Notes: generated by a model not told the origin, from the sequence alone. A DNA stretch of 64,000 nucleotides from an uncultured Eubacteriales bacterium (GCA_900318145.1 ONJM01000008.1:19388-83387), one strand, 5' to 3'; numbered from the stretch's first letter, positions 28,854 through 38,727 are shown. Numbers and translations: made by a program.

Positions 28854-29117
28854 AAAAAAGCCCGTCTCAAATTGCTTTGAGACGAGCGTATCAGCATAAT
28901 ACACCCGCGGTACCACTCAAATTGCGGCGTTCCGCCGCCCCTTCAGGCTCCCGTGAAGCCCTTTTGCCCTTACGCGGCTGATTCGGGAAGGTTCTACTTG
29001 CTTTCGCTTTCTTCCTTCCGGCTCCGGAGCTACAGCCATCGGTCCCGTCCCGCGGCTCGCACCGTCCGCCGCGTCTCTGTTCTCAGGGATTCCGCCGCCC
29101 TCTCCTTCAAGGCCTTT
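28854..29117 (-). ncRNA. T-box riboswitch (transcription antitermination leader), probable Val (GUA) specifier
   Basis: Minus strand: K-turn GA motif, AG bulge ACAGAGA, GGTGCGA loop, stem II GGAAGG..AGTAGAA..CCTTCC, T-box AATTTGAGTGGTACCGCG (28906-28923), terminator GCTCGTCTCAAA..TTTGAGACGGGC-T6. Confidence 0.92.
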
Positions 29118-29123
29118 ATCGGG

Positions 29124-29152
29124 AGTTTACGCTTTTCCCCGCCGCTTGTCAA
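29124..29152 (-). promoter_or_regulatory. sigma-A promoter of T-box leader
   Basis: TTGACA-17 bp-TAAACT ending just upstream of stem I. Confidence 0.8.
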
Positions 29153-29261
29153 CTCCCGCGGGCGTTTTTTGCTGTTTCTTTCCTGTATGCCGGAACGGCA
29201 GGGACGCTCTGGTTTCGTTCCCGCTTTATGAAACAATTCCGGATGCCGTGCAAAATCAGGC

Positions 29262-30086
29262 TCAGCTCAGCTTTCTGTACTCCCGCGGGGACAGGCCTGT
29301 GGCTTTTTTAAACGCGTCCCCGAAGTAATTGCTGTCGCTGAATCCGCATCGGTCCGCAATCTGTGTCACGGTCAGCCCTGAATTCAGCAGCAGATCGCAG
29401 GCTTGCCGGATCCGGTACTGAATCAGATATTCCCGGACGCCGAAACCTGTCTCCTGATGAAAAACCCGGGAGAGATGCGACGGACTGACCGCAAAATGGG
29501 CAGCCACCTCTGTCAGGGTAATCTGTTCTCCCGCATGCTCGCAGAGATATGCCGCCACTTCCCGCATACGGCTGTGGGATATGTCCTCGTTTCCGTCGTT
29601 TTCTTCCTGTCCGTCGCGGTATCGGTGCAGGGAAATCAGCAGTTCAGCCAGAAGCGTCATGCAAAGGCTTCTTCCAAGGGCAGGCTGGTTCTCAAATTCA
29701 TACAGCATCCGGTTTACCTGCAGCAGAATCGCTTCCTGGCGCTGAACCGGAGCTTTTATTTTTCCTGCCCGGAATTCCGTTTCCGCCACTTTCGCTTCCA
29801 GAAACGCGTCAATCTTTTTAGCGGTATCCGTGGAAAAGGAGATAACGTACTTTGTATTCTGCCCATGGGAAGTAAAATCCGTCTTATGCAGCGTTCCGGC
29901 GGGAATCAGAGCAAAGTCCCCGGTTTGCAGCCGGTATGTTCTCTGTCCGATAAATACACTGCAGCGGCCTTCCGCGATATAATAAAGCTCATGGTATCTG
30001 TGAAAGCGTTCGTTCTCTTCGCGGGCCTGGCCGATCTGGCTTTCTTTCAGGATTTTGAAGTCAACTGTCCGGTGTTTTCGCTCCAT
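29262..30086 (-). CDS. AraC family transcriptional regulator (cupin + HTH)
   Basis: FHRYHELYYI..G cupin; C-terminal IADRCGFSDSNYF..AFKK.TGLSPREYR. Confidence 0.92.
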   Translation of the reverse strand: MERKHRTVDFKILKESQIGQAREENERFHRYHELYYIAEGRCSVFIGQRTYRLQTGDFALIPAGTLHKTDFTSHGQNTKYVISFSTDTAKKIDAFLEAKVAETEFRAGKIKAPVQRQEAILLQVNRMLYEFENQPALGRSLCMTLLAELLISLHRYRDGQEENDGNEDISHSRMREVAAYLCEHAGEQITLTEVAAHFAVSPSHLSRVFHQETGFGVREYLIQYRIRQACDLLLNSGLTVTQIADRCGFSDSNYFGDAFKKATGLSPREYRKLS

Positions 30087-30331
30087 GGTTTTCCTTCCCC
30101 TTTCCGTGCCCTGTTTTGCCTTTTCCCGGCTGCGGATCACCTCCCGCACGGGATATTATACCTCTGATTCGCTTTCCGGAACAACAATAAATCTGTAGTT
30201 TTTAAGAATTATGGCATACTTTCAGTAGATTTTCATTTATTTTTGCTGTATGATCTCTGGCGTTCCCGGAAATACCGGTTATCCTCTCCGGGAACAGAAT
30301 TATTCCGGCAGTAAAGGAGATTTGAAATAAG

Positions 30332-30505
30332 ATGAACACCATTATAAAGAATTCGGAAAACAACGCCAGTGTCTGGAGCCGCTTCTATGAAATGGTCCGG
30401 AAAACGGCCGCGCGTTCTTCCCGCAGCGATCTGGAGTTTTTCAGCTACAGTACCCTGCCCGCGCTGCTGACCATGCAGTCCGATTTCAGATCCGAACAGC
30501 TCTGA
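30332..30505 (+). CDS. Putative 57-aa small protein (below the ORF-track cutoff)
   Basis: AAAGGAG SD, ATG...TGA, upstream TATGAT -10-like element, own terminator. Confidence 0.55.
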   Translation: MNTIIKNSENNASVWSRFYEMVRKTAARSSRSDLEFFSYSTLPALLTMQSDFRSEQL

Positions 30506-30543
30506 GTCAGCATTCGGAATCAAGTAATTTCCAGGCTGTTTCG

Positions 30544-30583
30544 AAAAAAGGGGCGCTTTTCATTGCGAAAAGCGCTCCTTTTT
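30544..30583. terminator. Bidirectional intrinsic terminator
   Basis: AAAAAAGGGGCGCTTTTC-attgc-GAAAAGCGCTCCTTTTT. Confidence 0.8.
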
Positions 30584-30665
30584 CATGGATAATCCTCGCG
30601 AAGCCATTGCGGAATCCGTCAGCGGGCAGGAAAAAGCAGACTGCGGCGTCCTGTCCGGTCCTCCC

Positions 30666-33044
30666 TTACTCGATCCAGAGGATCCGCAGGTCGGATTCCC
30701 GCAGTTCCCGGTCCGCTGTCAGTTCTTTTTTCTCCCCGGGATACAGTGAAATCCAGTTGTCGGAAAACCTGGCGTCGCCTGCCTGCAGCTCTACGCCTGT
30801 GCAGAAGGTGTCCGCCTCCAGGAGAATCTTCGTCCCCGCGCAGGAAACCCTGATTTCCGGCTTTTCAAAAGGAAAGTATTTCGGCAGGGTGTACAGCTCC
30901 TCGCATTCGCTGACCGTACTGCCGTCCTCATCCCGCAGCACGCACTGCACGATTTTCATTTCCTCCCCGTTCTCCGGCAGGATCGTTCCGGCGCGTATGC
31001 TGCTCATCGCCGGGCATCGGACATCCAGCAGGCATTCCCGGATCCGTCTGCCCTTCTCGTCGCGGACAATACAGACTGCCTTTCCCCGGAAAGCTTCCCT
31101 GCGCTCGTTGGCCACCCATACGGAATAACCGTTCTCCTCCGGCCGGAGCGTCACAGCTGCCGGCGCGAAAAAGCGCCTGGACGCGTACTGGAGCGCTTTC
31201 CATCTTCCGGCCGAATCAATCCCGGCCCAGCTTGCCACCGGCCAGCAGTCGTTGATCTGCCAGTAAATCGCGCCCATGCAGCGGCCCCGGTTCCTCCGCC
31301 AGTGCTCCACCCCGGCCCGCACCGCTTCCGCCTGCAGCCATTGACTCGCGTGAACCAGCTTCTCCATCGAGAACGGATACCGGAGCGTCTGGCTCAGGTA
31401 GTACAGCGTTGTCGCGTTCCCGGACCGGCACTTCTGGTGGCTTTCCATGGTCCTGGAAAAAGGATTCATCTCCCGCTCCTCATGTACAAATGTCCGCAGC
31501 GTATCCATGCAGGGGAAGGACTCAAAGCCGAACTCCGAGCAGAACCGCGGATACCGCTTCGTAAAGTCTGAGAACGGTCTCCGTCCGTGCCAGACGGACC
31601 AGTCATGCACGTCTCCCCGGTCCAGGCTGTTCGGGTCGTCAAACCCGCCGCCGGAAGAGGGAGAGGACGGCCAGTAAAAGCTGTCCGGCGCTTCCCGCGC
31701 GCTGACCTCCTTCAGCAGGTGCTCAAACTGTTCCAGATAATCCTGCTTCAGGCCGTCCGGCTGGTTCTTTACGCCGCCCCAGTCCATCCAGGCCGTTTCC
31801 ATTTCATTGTTCCCACAGATCAGCCCCAGGGAGGCATGATGGCGGATCCGGCGCAGATTGTCCTCTGCCTCCCGGACAATGTTTTCCCGGAACGCGTCCG
31901 TCAGCTTGTAGGTATTGCAGGCAAACATCAGATCCTGCCAGACAACCAGACCCATTTCGTCGCACAGGTCGTAGAAATCATCGTTCGGATAGATGCCCCC
32001 GCCCCATACCCGGATTGTGTTGAAGTGGCAGTCCCTGCAGTCCCGCAGCAGCCGCCTGGTTTTTTCCCGGTTCATCCGCGTCAGCAGGCTGTCCTCCGGA
32101 ATGTAGTCCCCGCCCATGGCAAAGAACTCCGTTCCGTTGCAGCACAGGGCAAAGCTTTCGCCCCATTCGTCCTTTTTCCGGGAAACGGTCATGGTGCGCA
32201 GGCCCAGCCGGAGCGTCTTCACGTCCTCTGTTTTTCCGCCGGTCAGAGCTTCGACCTTCAGGGTATACAGCGGCTGTTCCCCCAGCCCGTTCGGCCACCA
32301 CAGCCGCGGGTGTTCCGCCCGCAGGCGCAGTACCCCGCCGGATTCCCCGCCTGCTTCCGAGACCGCCCTGCCTTCCGGGTCTGTCAGTTCCGCGCGGATC
32401 TGCTCCGCGCCGGTCTGTACGCGGATCTCCAGGTCCGCATGGTCCGGGCCGTGCTCCTGGTGCACCCGGATGTCCTCCAGCCGGATTTTGTAGAATTCAA
32501 TCCGGACCTCCCGCCAGATGCCCGCGTCCGGAAGTCTCGGACCCCAGTCCCATCCGAACATGTAGTGCGCCTTCCGCAGAAATCCGGTTCCCTTCAGCTC
32601 GCTGCCGCCGTCATAGGATACTTCCGGGTTTTCCCGCGCTGCTTTCCCGACGTAATCCATCGCCGGGTCAAAGAAAACGCGCAGGCTGTTTTCCCCGCTG
32701 CGGAGCGCCTGCTTCACCGGAATCCGCCACGTCCGGTGCATATTGTCTGTCCGGGCAATCGTCCGCCCGTTCAGTTCCACCGCGGCCAGGGTGTCCAGCC
32801 CTTCGAACACCAGGTCCGCGAAGGGGTTTTCCAGCGCTTCATCCGAAACCGTGAACGTACGCTGAAAACACCACCTGCGCCGGGTTTCCGCGCAGGCGGC
32901 GAATTCATTCAGTCCGTCAAACGGATCCGGAAGTACTCCGTGGTCCAGCAGCGTCCGCAGCACGCTTCCCGGCACTTCGGCCGGAAAGCTGCGTCCGTCC
33001 TCCCCGGTCATCTCCCAGGTTCCGCACAGATTCAGTTTTTTCAT
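30666..33044 (-). CDS. GH2 beta-mannosidase
   Basis: RKAHYMFGWDWGP, IRVWGGG, WQDLMFAC, CGNNE, SEFGFES, YWQINDCWP; no signal peptide. Confidence 0.93.
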   Translation of the reverse strand: MKKLNLCGTWEMTGEDGRSFPAEVPGSVLRTLLDHGVLPDPFDGLNEFAACAETRRRWCFQRTFTVSDEALENPFADLVFEGLDTLAAVELNGRTIARTDNMHRTWRIPVKQALRSGENSLRVFFDPAMDYVGKAARENPEVSYDGGSELKGTGFLRKAHYMFGWDWGPRLPDAGIWREVRIEFYKIRLEDIRVHQEHGPDHADLEIRVQTGAEQIRAELTDPEGRAVSEAGGESGGVLRLRAEHPRLWWPNGLGEQPLYTLKVEALTGGKTEDVKTLRLGLRTMTVSRKKDEWGESFALCCNGTEFFAMGGDYIPEDSLLTRMNREKTRRLLRDCRDCHFNTIRVWGGGIYPNDDFYDLCDEMGLVVWQDLMFACNTYKLTDAFRENIVREAEDNLRRIRHHASLGLICGNNEMETAWMDWGGVKNQPDGLKQDYLEQFEHLLKEVSAREAPDSFYWPSSPSSGGGFDDPNSLDRGDVHDWSVWHGRRPFSDFTKRYPRFCSEFGFESFPCMDTLRTFVHEEREMNPFSRTMESHQKCRSGNATTLYYLSQTLRYPFSMEKLVHASQWLQAEAVRAGVEHWRRNRGRCMGAIYWQINDCWPVASWAGIDSAGRWKALQYASRRFFAPAAVTLRPEENGYSVWVANERREAFRGKAVCIVRDEKGRRIRECLLDVRCPAMSSIRAGTILPENGEEMKIVQCVLRDEDGSTVSECEELYTLPKYFPFEKPEIRVSCAGTKILLEADTFCTGVELQAGDARFSDNWISLYPGEKKELTADRELRESDLRILWIE

Positions 33045-33106
33045 ATGGCTGATTCCTCTCTGTCGGAGAAATTCCTGACAAAGCAATCGGTTCCGTCCGG
33101 TGCCGG

Positions 33107-34279
33107 TTACCGCTTCATGTATTCCAGGTTCCTGCGGATCAGTTCCGCCCGCTGGCGCACGCAGTCCGGACTGCGCAGAGGATCCTCCGGCGTGTTGAAA
33201 ACATAGTCCTTCAGCCGTTCCACGTCCGTCTCCGCCACATGCATCCGGGTATCGGAGGACGCGTAGTAGATGTACACTTTTCCGTCGTCATCCGCGATGG
33301 CGCCGTTGGTAAACACCACGTTGCTGACGTCGCCGGTCCGTTCCCGGCCCATCGGCCCCAGCAGCATTCCGGAAGGCTCCGCGATAAGCTTCGAGGGATC
33401 CTGCAGGTCTGTCGCGAAGGCGTACAGCACATACCGCAGCCCCGCCGCCGTATTCCGCACGCCGTGGGCAATGTGAATCCATCCCCAGTCGGTTCTGATC
33501 GGCACCGCGCCGGCGCCATTCTTCGCTTCCGTAATCGTATGGTATTTCCGGCGGGAGATGATCTTTTCCTCCCCGATCACCGGATGCGTGATGTCCGCGC
33601 ACAGCCCGAAGCCAATGCCACCGCCGCTTCCCGTCTCTATGAAGTCATCCATCGGCCGGGTATAGAACGCGTATTGCCCGTCCACAAATTCCGGATGCAG
33701 CACCACGTTCCGCTGCTGCGGGGAATTCAGTGTCACAAGGTTCGGCAGCCGTTCCCACGTTTCAAGGTCCTTCGTCCGGACGATCCCGGCCGCGGCCACC
33801 GCGGCTGACAGGTCCGCGTTGTCCGGATCCTTGCTCTCCGAGCAGAATACGCCGTAGATCCATCCATCCGCGTGCTGCGTCAGCCGCATGTCATAGACGT
33901 TGGTTTCCGCTTTTTCCGTATCCGGCAGAATAACCGGATAGTCCCGGAACCGGAAGCCTTCCGTGGGCCGGTCGCTCTCAGCCACCGCAAAGAAGCTTTT
34001 CCGGTCCATGCCTTCCACCCGGACCACCAGGCAGTATTTGTTCCCCAGTTTGATGGCGCCGCTGTTCAGCGTAGCGTTCACGCCCAGCCGCTGCATCATG
34101 AAGGGGTTCGACTCCGGGTTTGCGTCATACATCCAGAACGGCGGAATATGCTCCCGGGTCAGCACCGGGTTCCGGTACCGGGTAAACAACCCGTTGTAGA
34201 ATCGCTCGTCCGCGGGATTCGGCCTTGCCAGCAGCCGCTCATAGGATTCCATCAGGGAATCAAAACTTCTGCTTCTCAT
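33107..34279 (-). CDS. 4-O-beta-D-mannosyl-D-glucose phosphorylase (GH130_1)
   Basis: [42 protein letters not shown]; start MRSRSF at 34279. Confidence 0.92.
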   Translation of the reverse strand: MRSRSFDSLMESYERLLARPNPADERFYNGLFTRYRNPVLTREHIPPFWMYDANPESNPFMMQRLGVNATLNSGAIKLGNKYCLVVRVEGMDRKSFFAVAESDRPTEGFRFRDYPVILPDTEKAETNVYDMRLTQHADGWIYGVFCSESKDPDNADLSAAVAAAGIVRTKDLETWERLPNLVTLNSPQQRNVVLHPEFVDGQYAFYTRPMDDFIETGSGGGIGFGLCADITHPVIGEEKIISRRKYHTITEAKNGAGAVPIRTDWGWIHIAHGVRNTAAGLRYVLYAFATDLQDPSKLIAEPSGMLLGPMGRERTGDVSNVVFTNGAIADDDGKVYIYYASSDTRMHVAETDVERLKDYVFNTPEDPLRSPDCVRQRAELIRRNLEYMKR

Positions 34280-34309
34280 TTTGTTTCTCTCCAAAAATGG
34301 TTTCTTTAT

Positions 34310-34478
34310 GTGCCCGAAGGGGATCCTAAGGGGCGCAGGCCACAGTGCGGCCTGCATTGGTTCCGACCGGAAAGCCCCCTTAGCAGCTCTCCATTGCTTC
34401 ACCAAAAGCGACAGTGCCCGAAGGGGATCCTAAGGGGGCGACCGGAAAGCCCCCTTAGTAATTCTGCACTGCTTCATC
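34310..34478. repeat. Tandem hairpin repeat (2 copies): GTGCCCGAAGGGGATCCTAAGGGG(G)CG...ACCGGAAAGCCCCCTTAG
   Basis: Copies start at 34310 and 34414; copy 1 carries an extra GCAGGCC..GGCCTGC hairpin. Confidence 0.85.
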
Positions 34479-35486
34479 GTCCCCGCCGTGGAGCACGCTG
34501 TGTTCCTTGATATAGTTCACAACGCTGTCCGCCGTCGTAAACGCCAGTCCCACGTTCGTATCAGCGGCGCCGTAATAGATGGCGATCCGCCCCGTCTCCC
34601 CGTCCTGCAGCGTCGCGCAGGGGAAGACCACATTCGGCACGAATCCCGTCACCTCGTAATTCTCTTCCGGTGTCAGCAGGTGATTCGCGCAGCGGTACAG
34701 CACCTTGCTCGGCTCGTTGATATCCAGGATCGCCGCCCCCATGGAGTACACAAATCCGTTGCACGTAGTGGCCACGCCGTGGTAGAACATCAGCCAGCCT
34801 TCGCTGGTTTCGATCGGGGCCGCGCCGGCGCCGATCTTAACGCTCTCCCACCATTCCCCGCCGCTGCCCATCACGTGGCGGTGTTTGCCCCAGAAAGTCA
34901 TGTCCGGGCTCTCGCTGATAAAGATATCGCCGAAGGGGGTATGTCCGCTGTCGGAAGGCCGGCTCAGCAGCCGGTAGGTGCCGTTGATCTTCCGCGGGAA
35001 CAGCACCGCGTTCCGGTTGAACGGAATAAAGGGGTTCTCAATCCGGGTGAATGTTTTGAAATCCTTCGTCTTTGCCATGCCGATGGACGCGCCGTAGAAG
35101 TCGCCGCACCAGATGATGTAGTAGGTATCCTCCACCTTCACCAGCCGGGGGTCATAGGCGTAATGCGGCATCTTCGGATTTCCGTTTTCGTCCGTAAAGG
35201 GAACCTTCTCCCGTTCCACGTCCCAGTGGATGCCGTCCTTTGAATGCCCGAGATACACGTACGGAATGCCGTTGATCTGTTCCCCGCGGAGCACCGCGAT
35301 ATATCCGTCCTCCCACGGAACCACCGCGCTGTTGAAGATCCGCGCGATTTCCGGCGTGGGATTCCTGCCCATCACCGGGTTGCCGGAATACCGCCATACA
35401 GGGCTTTCCGTCTTCAGGTCCGCAGGCCTTTCCTGCCACGGGATATTGGGGAGCGCGTCCACGTTGATCATTTTCACTTCAGGCAT
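34455..35486 (-). CDS. beta-1,4-mannooligosaccharide phosphorylase (GH130_2)
   Basis: IPWQERP, RIFNSAVV, YAYDPR, NRNAVLFP, SRPSDSGHTPFGD, VPNVVFP. Confidence 0.92.
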   Translation of the reverse strand: MPEVKMINVDALPNIPWQERPADLKTESPVWRYSGNPVMGRNPTPEIARIFNSAVVPWEDGYIAVLRGEQINGIPYVYLGHSKDGIHWDVEREKVPFTDENGNPKMPHYAYDPRLVKVEDTYYIIWCGDFYGASIGMAKTKDFKTFTRIENPFIPFNRNAVLFPRKINGTYRLLSRPSDSGHTPFGDIFISESPDMTFWGKHRHVMGSGGEWWESVKIGAGAAPIETSEGWLMFYHGVATTCNGFVYSMGAAILDINEPSKVLYRCANHLLTPEENYEVTGFVPNVVFPCATLQDGETGRIAIYYGAADTNVGLAFTTADSVVNYIKEHSVLHGGDDEAVQNY

Positions 35487-35489
35487 TTT

Positions 35490-36527
35490 TTATACTTCCT
35501 TTCTGTTTGTCTGTTCCGCTGTTTCGTTCAAAGCTTTTTCCGATTCCCGGTAGACCGGCTGTCCGCCCACCACGATCCGGCCGAACGGCTGATCTGTTCC
35601 CGCGCATCGTTCCAGCAGCTTCTGGATGGCCAGGGCGATCATCTGATCTGTATTGATCCGGAACGTGCTGAGTCCGATTTCGTTTTCCCTGCCCGGCGGA
35701 TAGTCATCGAATCCGGTTACGGATACATCCTCCGGCACCCTGTATCCCCTCTCCTGCAGCCGGTCAATCAGCAGCCTGGCTGCAAGGTCGCAGTCGCATA
35801 CGAATGCCGTGGGCATTTCCTCCGGAAGCTCCGGCGCCTTCAGGTCTCCTGCCGGTTCCCGGTCCGGCAGCGTCCAGTCCTCCCGGATCGGCAGTCCGTG
35901 CGTCAGCATGGCCCTGCAGTATCCCAGGTACCGGTCCATGATGCTCGCCGTAGCCAGCCGGTTCCCCACAAAACCGATCTTCCGGTGCCCCTGCCGGATC
36001 AGATGGCTCGTCAGTCTGTAGGATCCGTAGGTGTTGTCGCCGGCTACCGCGTCGGCATTGGCCTGCTCGTCATAGAAATCCAGGAATACCACCGGAGTCC
36101 CGGCCAGGGCGATCTTCCTGTAATAGGCCTTTTCCGGCTCTCCCAGGAGGATCAGCCCGTCCACGCGTTCTTCCTTCAGCAGGTTCGGTATTGCCAGATT
36201 CTGCTCGTCTTTTGCGTTCAGGATCTCCAGCAGCCCGAAGTGGCCCTGGCCTGAAAGCTTCCGGATCAGTTTTCTGTACATCTCCGCGTAAAAGGAATCC
36301 GCCTGGAAATACCTTTCCGGAATAAGAATCCCGATGTTCATGTGCTCCGGCAGAACCCTCCGCCCGCTTTGGGGATACCGGTATCCCATTTCTTCCGCTT
36401 TCCGGAGAATTCTGGCGCGCAGCTTGTCGCTCATGCCGGCTTTCCCGGCAAGGGCTTTGGAAACAGTCACCGCGCTTGTTCCTACTGCCCGCGCGATATC
36501 CCGCATGGCAGGCTTCTTTGCCGACAT
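35490..36527 (-). CDS. LacI family repressor
   Basis: MRDIARAVGTSAVTVSKAL HTH; VPEDVSVTGFDD. Confidence 0.93.
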   Translation of the reverse strand: MSAKKPAMRDIARAVGTSAVTVSKALAGKAGMSDKLRARILRKAEEMGYRYPQSGRRVLPEHMNIGILIPERYFQADSFYAEMYRKLIRKLSGQGHFGLLEILNAKDEQNLAIPNLLKEERVDGLILLGEPEKAYYRKIALAGTPVVFLDFYDEQANADAVAGDNTYGSYRLTSHLIRQGHRKIGFVGNRLATASIMDRYLGYCRAMLTHGLPIREDWTLPDREPAGDLKAPELPEEMPTAFVCDCDLAARLLIDRLQERGYRVPEDVSVTGFDDYPPGRENEIGLSTFRINTDQMIALAIQKLLERCAGTDQPFGRIVVGGQPVYRESEKALNETAEQTNRKEV

Positions 36528-36552
36528 CTTTTCCTGTCCTTTCCCGTCCGCG

Positions 36553-37722
36553 TCAGATTTCTTCCGGCAGGTCCGCGGCAATCAGCCGAAGGCACATCCT
36601 GCCGTTATGGTACGGGCATTTCCATTCCTCAACGATCGGTTTATGGACAGAGGTGCCGTCCTCCCGGATCTCGTTGAACCATTCGCTTCCCTCCCGGGGA
36701 TCCACGATCGCCCGAAGGATATAGCCCCACTGGATTTTCATCCTGTCCGGCCACGCCCGGTCTCCCGTCATCCGCCAGCCGAACTCAAACCCCAGCATAG
36801 CCTCCGCCTGCGGCCACCAGGCCCGGATGGTGTTCACCTCTCCGTTCACGATTTCATAGTGCAGCCCGTGGTCCGTAAAGGCGCGCTCCGTGGGGCTCGT
36901 CAGCAGGTCCAGGCACATTGCCCGGTAAGCCGGAAGCTCCTGCCTGTCCAGCATCGTTTCCGCCGCGTCCCAGATCAGCCAGCTGCCTTCAATGTCGTGC
37001 CCATAGCTCTGCATATCCAGGATCGGCCGGTAATCATTGTCAAAGAATACCTCCATCCGCCGTTTCACTGGATTGTAAACCGTCTGCAGCGCCTGTGCCA
37101 TGCAGAACCGCCCTGCCTTGCGGACTTCTTCCGCGGGGTTTGCCCGGTACAGTTCGGCATAGGCTTCCGCCACATGCAGCAGCGTATTCATGGTCCGGGA
37201 CGCCATGACCCCGTTTTCGCTCAGCTTCTCATTGCTTTCCGGGGTGAAATCCGCCTTCAGCGCCTCCAGGTACCCCTTTTCGTCCCGGCATTTTGTTTCA
37301 ATCACCCGGAAAAGGTCCATGGCTTTTTCCAGCGCTTCCCGCTTTCCGGTCAGCCGGTAATAGGCCGCGAGGCCGTAAACGGCGAAAGCCTGGCAGTAGG
37401 TGTGCTTTGTGGTATCCGCCGGCTCCCCGCCGGAAGTCACCGACCAGAACACCCCGCCGTTCACCGGATCCAGGAATTTATCCAGGAATGCGTAGGCATG
37501 GTCCGCGTAAAGCCGGAGGCCGTCCTGTTTCAGCACCCGGGCCGCTGTGGCGAAGGTCCAGAGAATGCGGCTGTTCAGGATGCAGCCCTTGTCCGCGTCC
37601 TTTTTCAGGTTCAGTTCCTCGTCCATATATCCGAAGAAACCGCCCTGCGCGTCATCCTTCAGCTTCTCCCAGAACGGAAGAATTTTCTTCTCCAGATGTT
37701 CCCTGATTTCATTTTTAATCAT
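36553..37722 (-). CDS. Cellobiose/mannobiose 2-epimerase (AGE family)
   Basis: ILPFW, KGCILNSRILW, TMNTLLH, SYGHDIE, WWPQAE, WKCPYHNGR. Confidence 0.92.
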   Translation of the reverse strand: MIKNEIREHLEKKILPFWEKLKDDAQGGFFGYMDEELNLKKDADKGCILNSRILWTFATAARVLKQDGLRLYADHAYAFLDKFLDPVNGGVFWSVTSGGEPADTTKHTYCQAFAVYGLAAYYRLTGKREALEKAMDLFRVIETKCRDEKGYLEALKADFTPESNEKLSENGVMASRTMNTLLHVAEAYAELYRANPAEEVRKAGRFCMAQALQTVYNPVKRRMEVFFDNDYRPILDMQSYGHDIEGSWLIWDAAETMLDRQELPAYRAMCLDLLTSPTERAFTDHGLHYEIVNGEVNTIRAWWPQAEAMLGFEFGWRMTGDRAWPDRMKIQWGYILRAIVDPREGSEWFNEIREDGTSVHKPIVEEWKCPYHNGRMCLRLIAADLPEEI

Positions 37723-37734
37723 GGAAGGCACCTC

Positions 37735-37783
37735 TTGTTAACCTGTTTGTTAACCATTGTACATTGTTTCCCGCAAATGTCAA
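37735..37783 (-). promoter_or_regulatory. Internal promoter with tandem GGTTAACAA operator-like sites
   Basis: TTGACA-16 bp-TACAAT immediately followed by GGTTAACAA-ACA-GGTTAACAA. Confidence 0.65.
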
Positions 37784-37830
37784 CCGCCTGCAGCACCGGG
37801 CAGGAGGCTCACCCGGCGCCGCGGACGGAT

Positions 37831-38727
37831 TCAGCCCTTGACCGCGCCTGCCACCATACCCCTGATGATCTGGTTGCTGAAGGCAAAATACAGAACCACG
37901 ATCGGGCTCATGGTAATCAGCATGGCTGTCATCTGCAGCGGATAGTCGGATCCGAACTGGCCCTTGAACTGGGTCAGCGCCAGCGGAACAGTCTGCAGAT
38001 GCACATTCTGGATCAGTACCAGCGCGAAGGAGAATTCGTTCCAGCATCCGAAAATCTGGATAATCGCCACGGTGACAAGGATCGGCTTGCACAGCGGCAT
38101 GATGATGGACCACAGCGTCCGGCTGAAACTGGATCCGTCGATCGCCGCCGCTTCCTCCAGGGAAATGGGAATCCCTTTTACATAACCCTCCACCAGGAAA
38201 ATTCCCATCGGAAGGCCGAAGGAAACATACGGCATCAGGAGGGTATACCACTGGTTGCTGATGCCAAGGTTCCGGAACAGCACATACATCGGGACCAGCA
38301 GGGAGTGGATCGGAATCAGCATGCCCATCAGGAACATGACATACAGCGGCCGGTTGAGCCTGAACCGGACCCTGGCAAGGATGTATCCGACGATAAATGT
38401 GAACAGGACAATCAGAACAATGCTGATCGCCGTCGTCCGGAAGCTGTTCCACATGGATTCGCTGAGATGGTAGTCCGGATTGTTCAGGATGTCCGTATAG
38501 TTCTGCAGCGTGGCTGTCCCGAACGGGATGCTGATTACGTCCGCGTTGAACTGCCGTTTCAGCTTCAGCGAGGAATAGAACATCCAGACCAGCGGGAAAA
38601 TGCAGCTGAGGGAGAAAATCCACAGTACAATATTGATGCATATTTTGCCGATGTAATATCCCGCGCCTTTGCTGCCGCGTCCCGCGGGACTGAAGCTGCT
38701 TCCTGCGTAATGTTTCTTTCTGCTCAT
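37831..38727 (-). CDS. Carbohydrate ABC (CUT1) permease, MalG-like
   Basis: EAA motif LEEAAAIDGSS; WNEF. Confidence 0.93.
   Translation of the reverse strand: MSRKKHYAGSSFSPAGRGSKGAGYYIGKICINIVLWIFSLSCIFPLVWMFYSSLKLKRQFNADVISIPFGTATLQNYTDILNNPDYHLSESMWNSFRTTAISIVLIVLFTFIVGYILARVRFRLNRPLYVMFLMGMLIPIHSLLVPMYVLFRNLGISNQWYTLLMPYVSFGLPMGIFLVEGYVKGIPISLEEAAAIDGSSFSRTLWSIIMPLCKPILVTVAIIQIFGCWNEFSFALVLIQNVHLQTVPLALTQFKGQFGSDYPLQMTAMLITMSPIVVLYFAFSNQIIRGMVAGAVKG

Noticed and set aside
34310-34478. CRISPR array
   Set aside because: Only two units, with unequal internal structure, and no cas genes.
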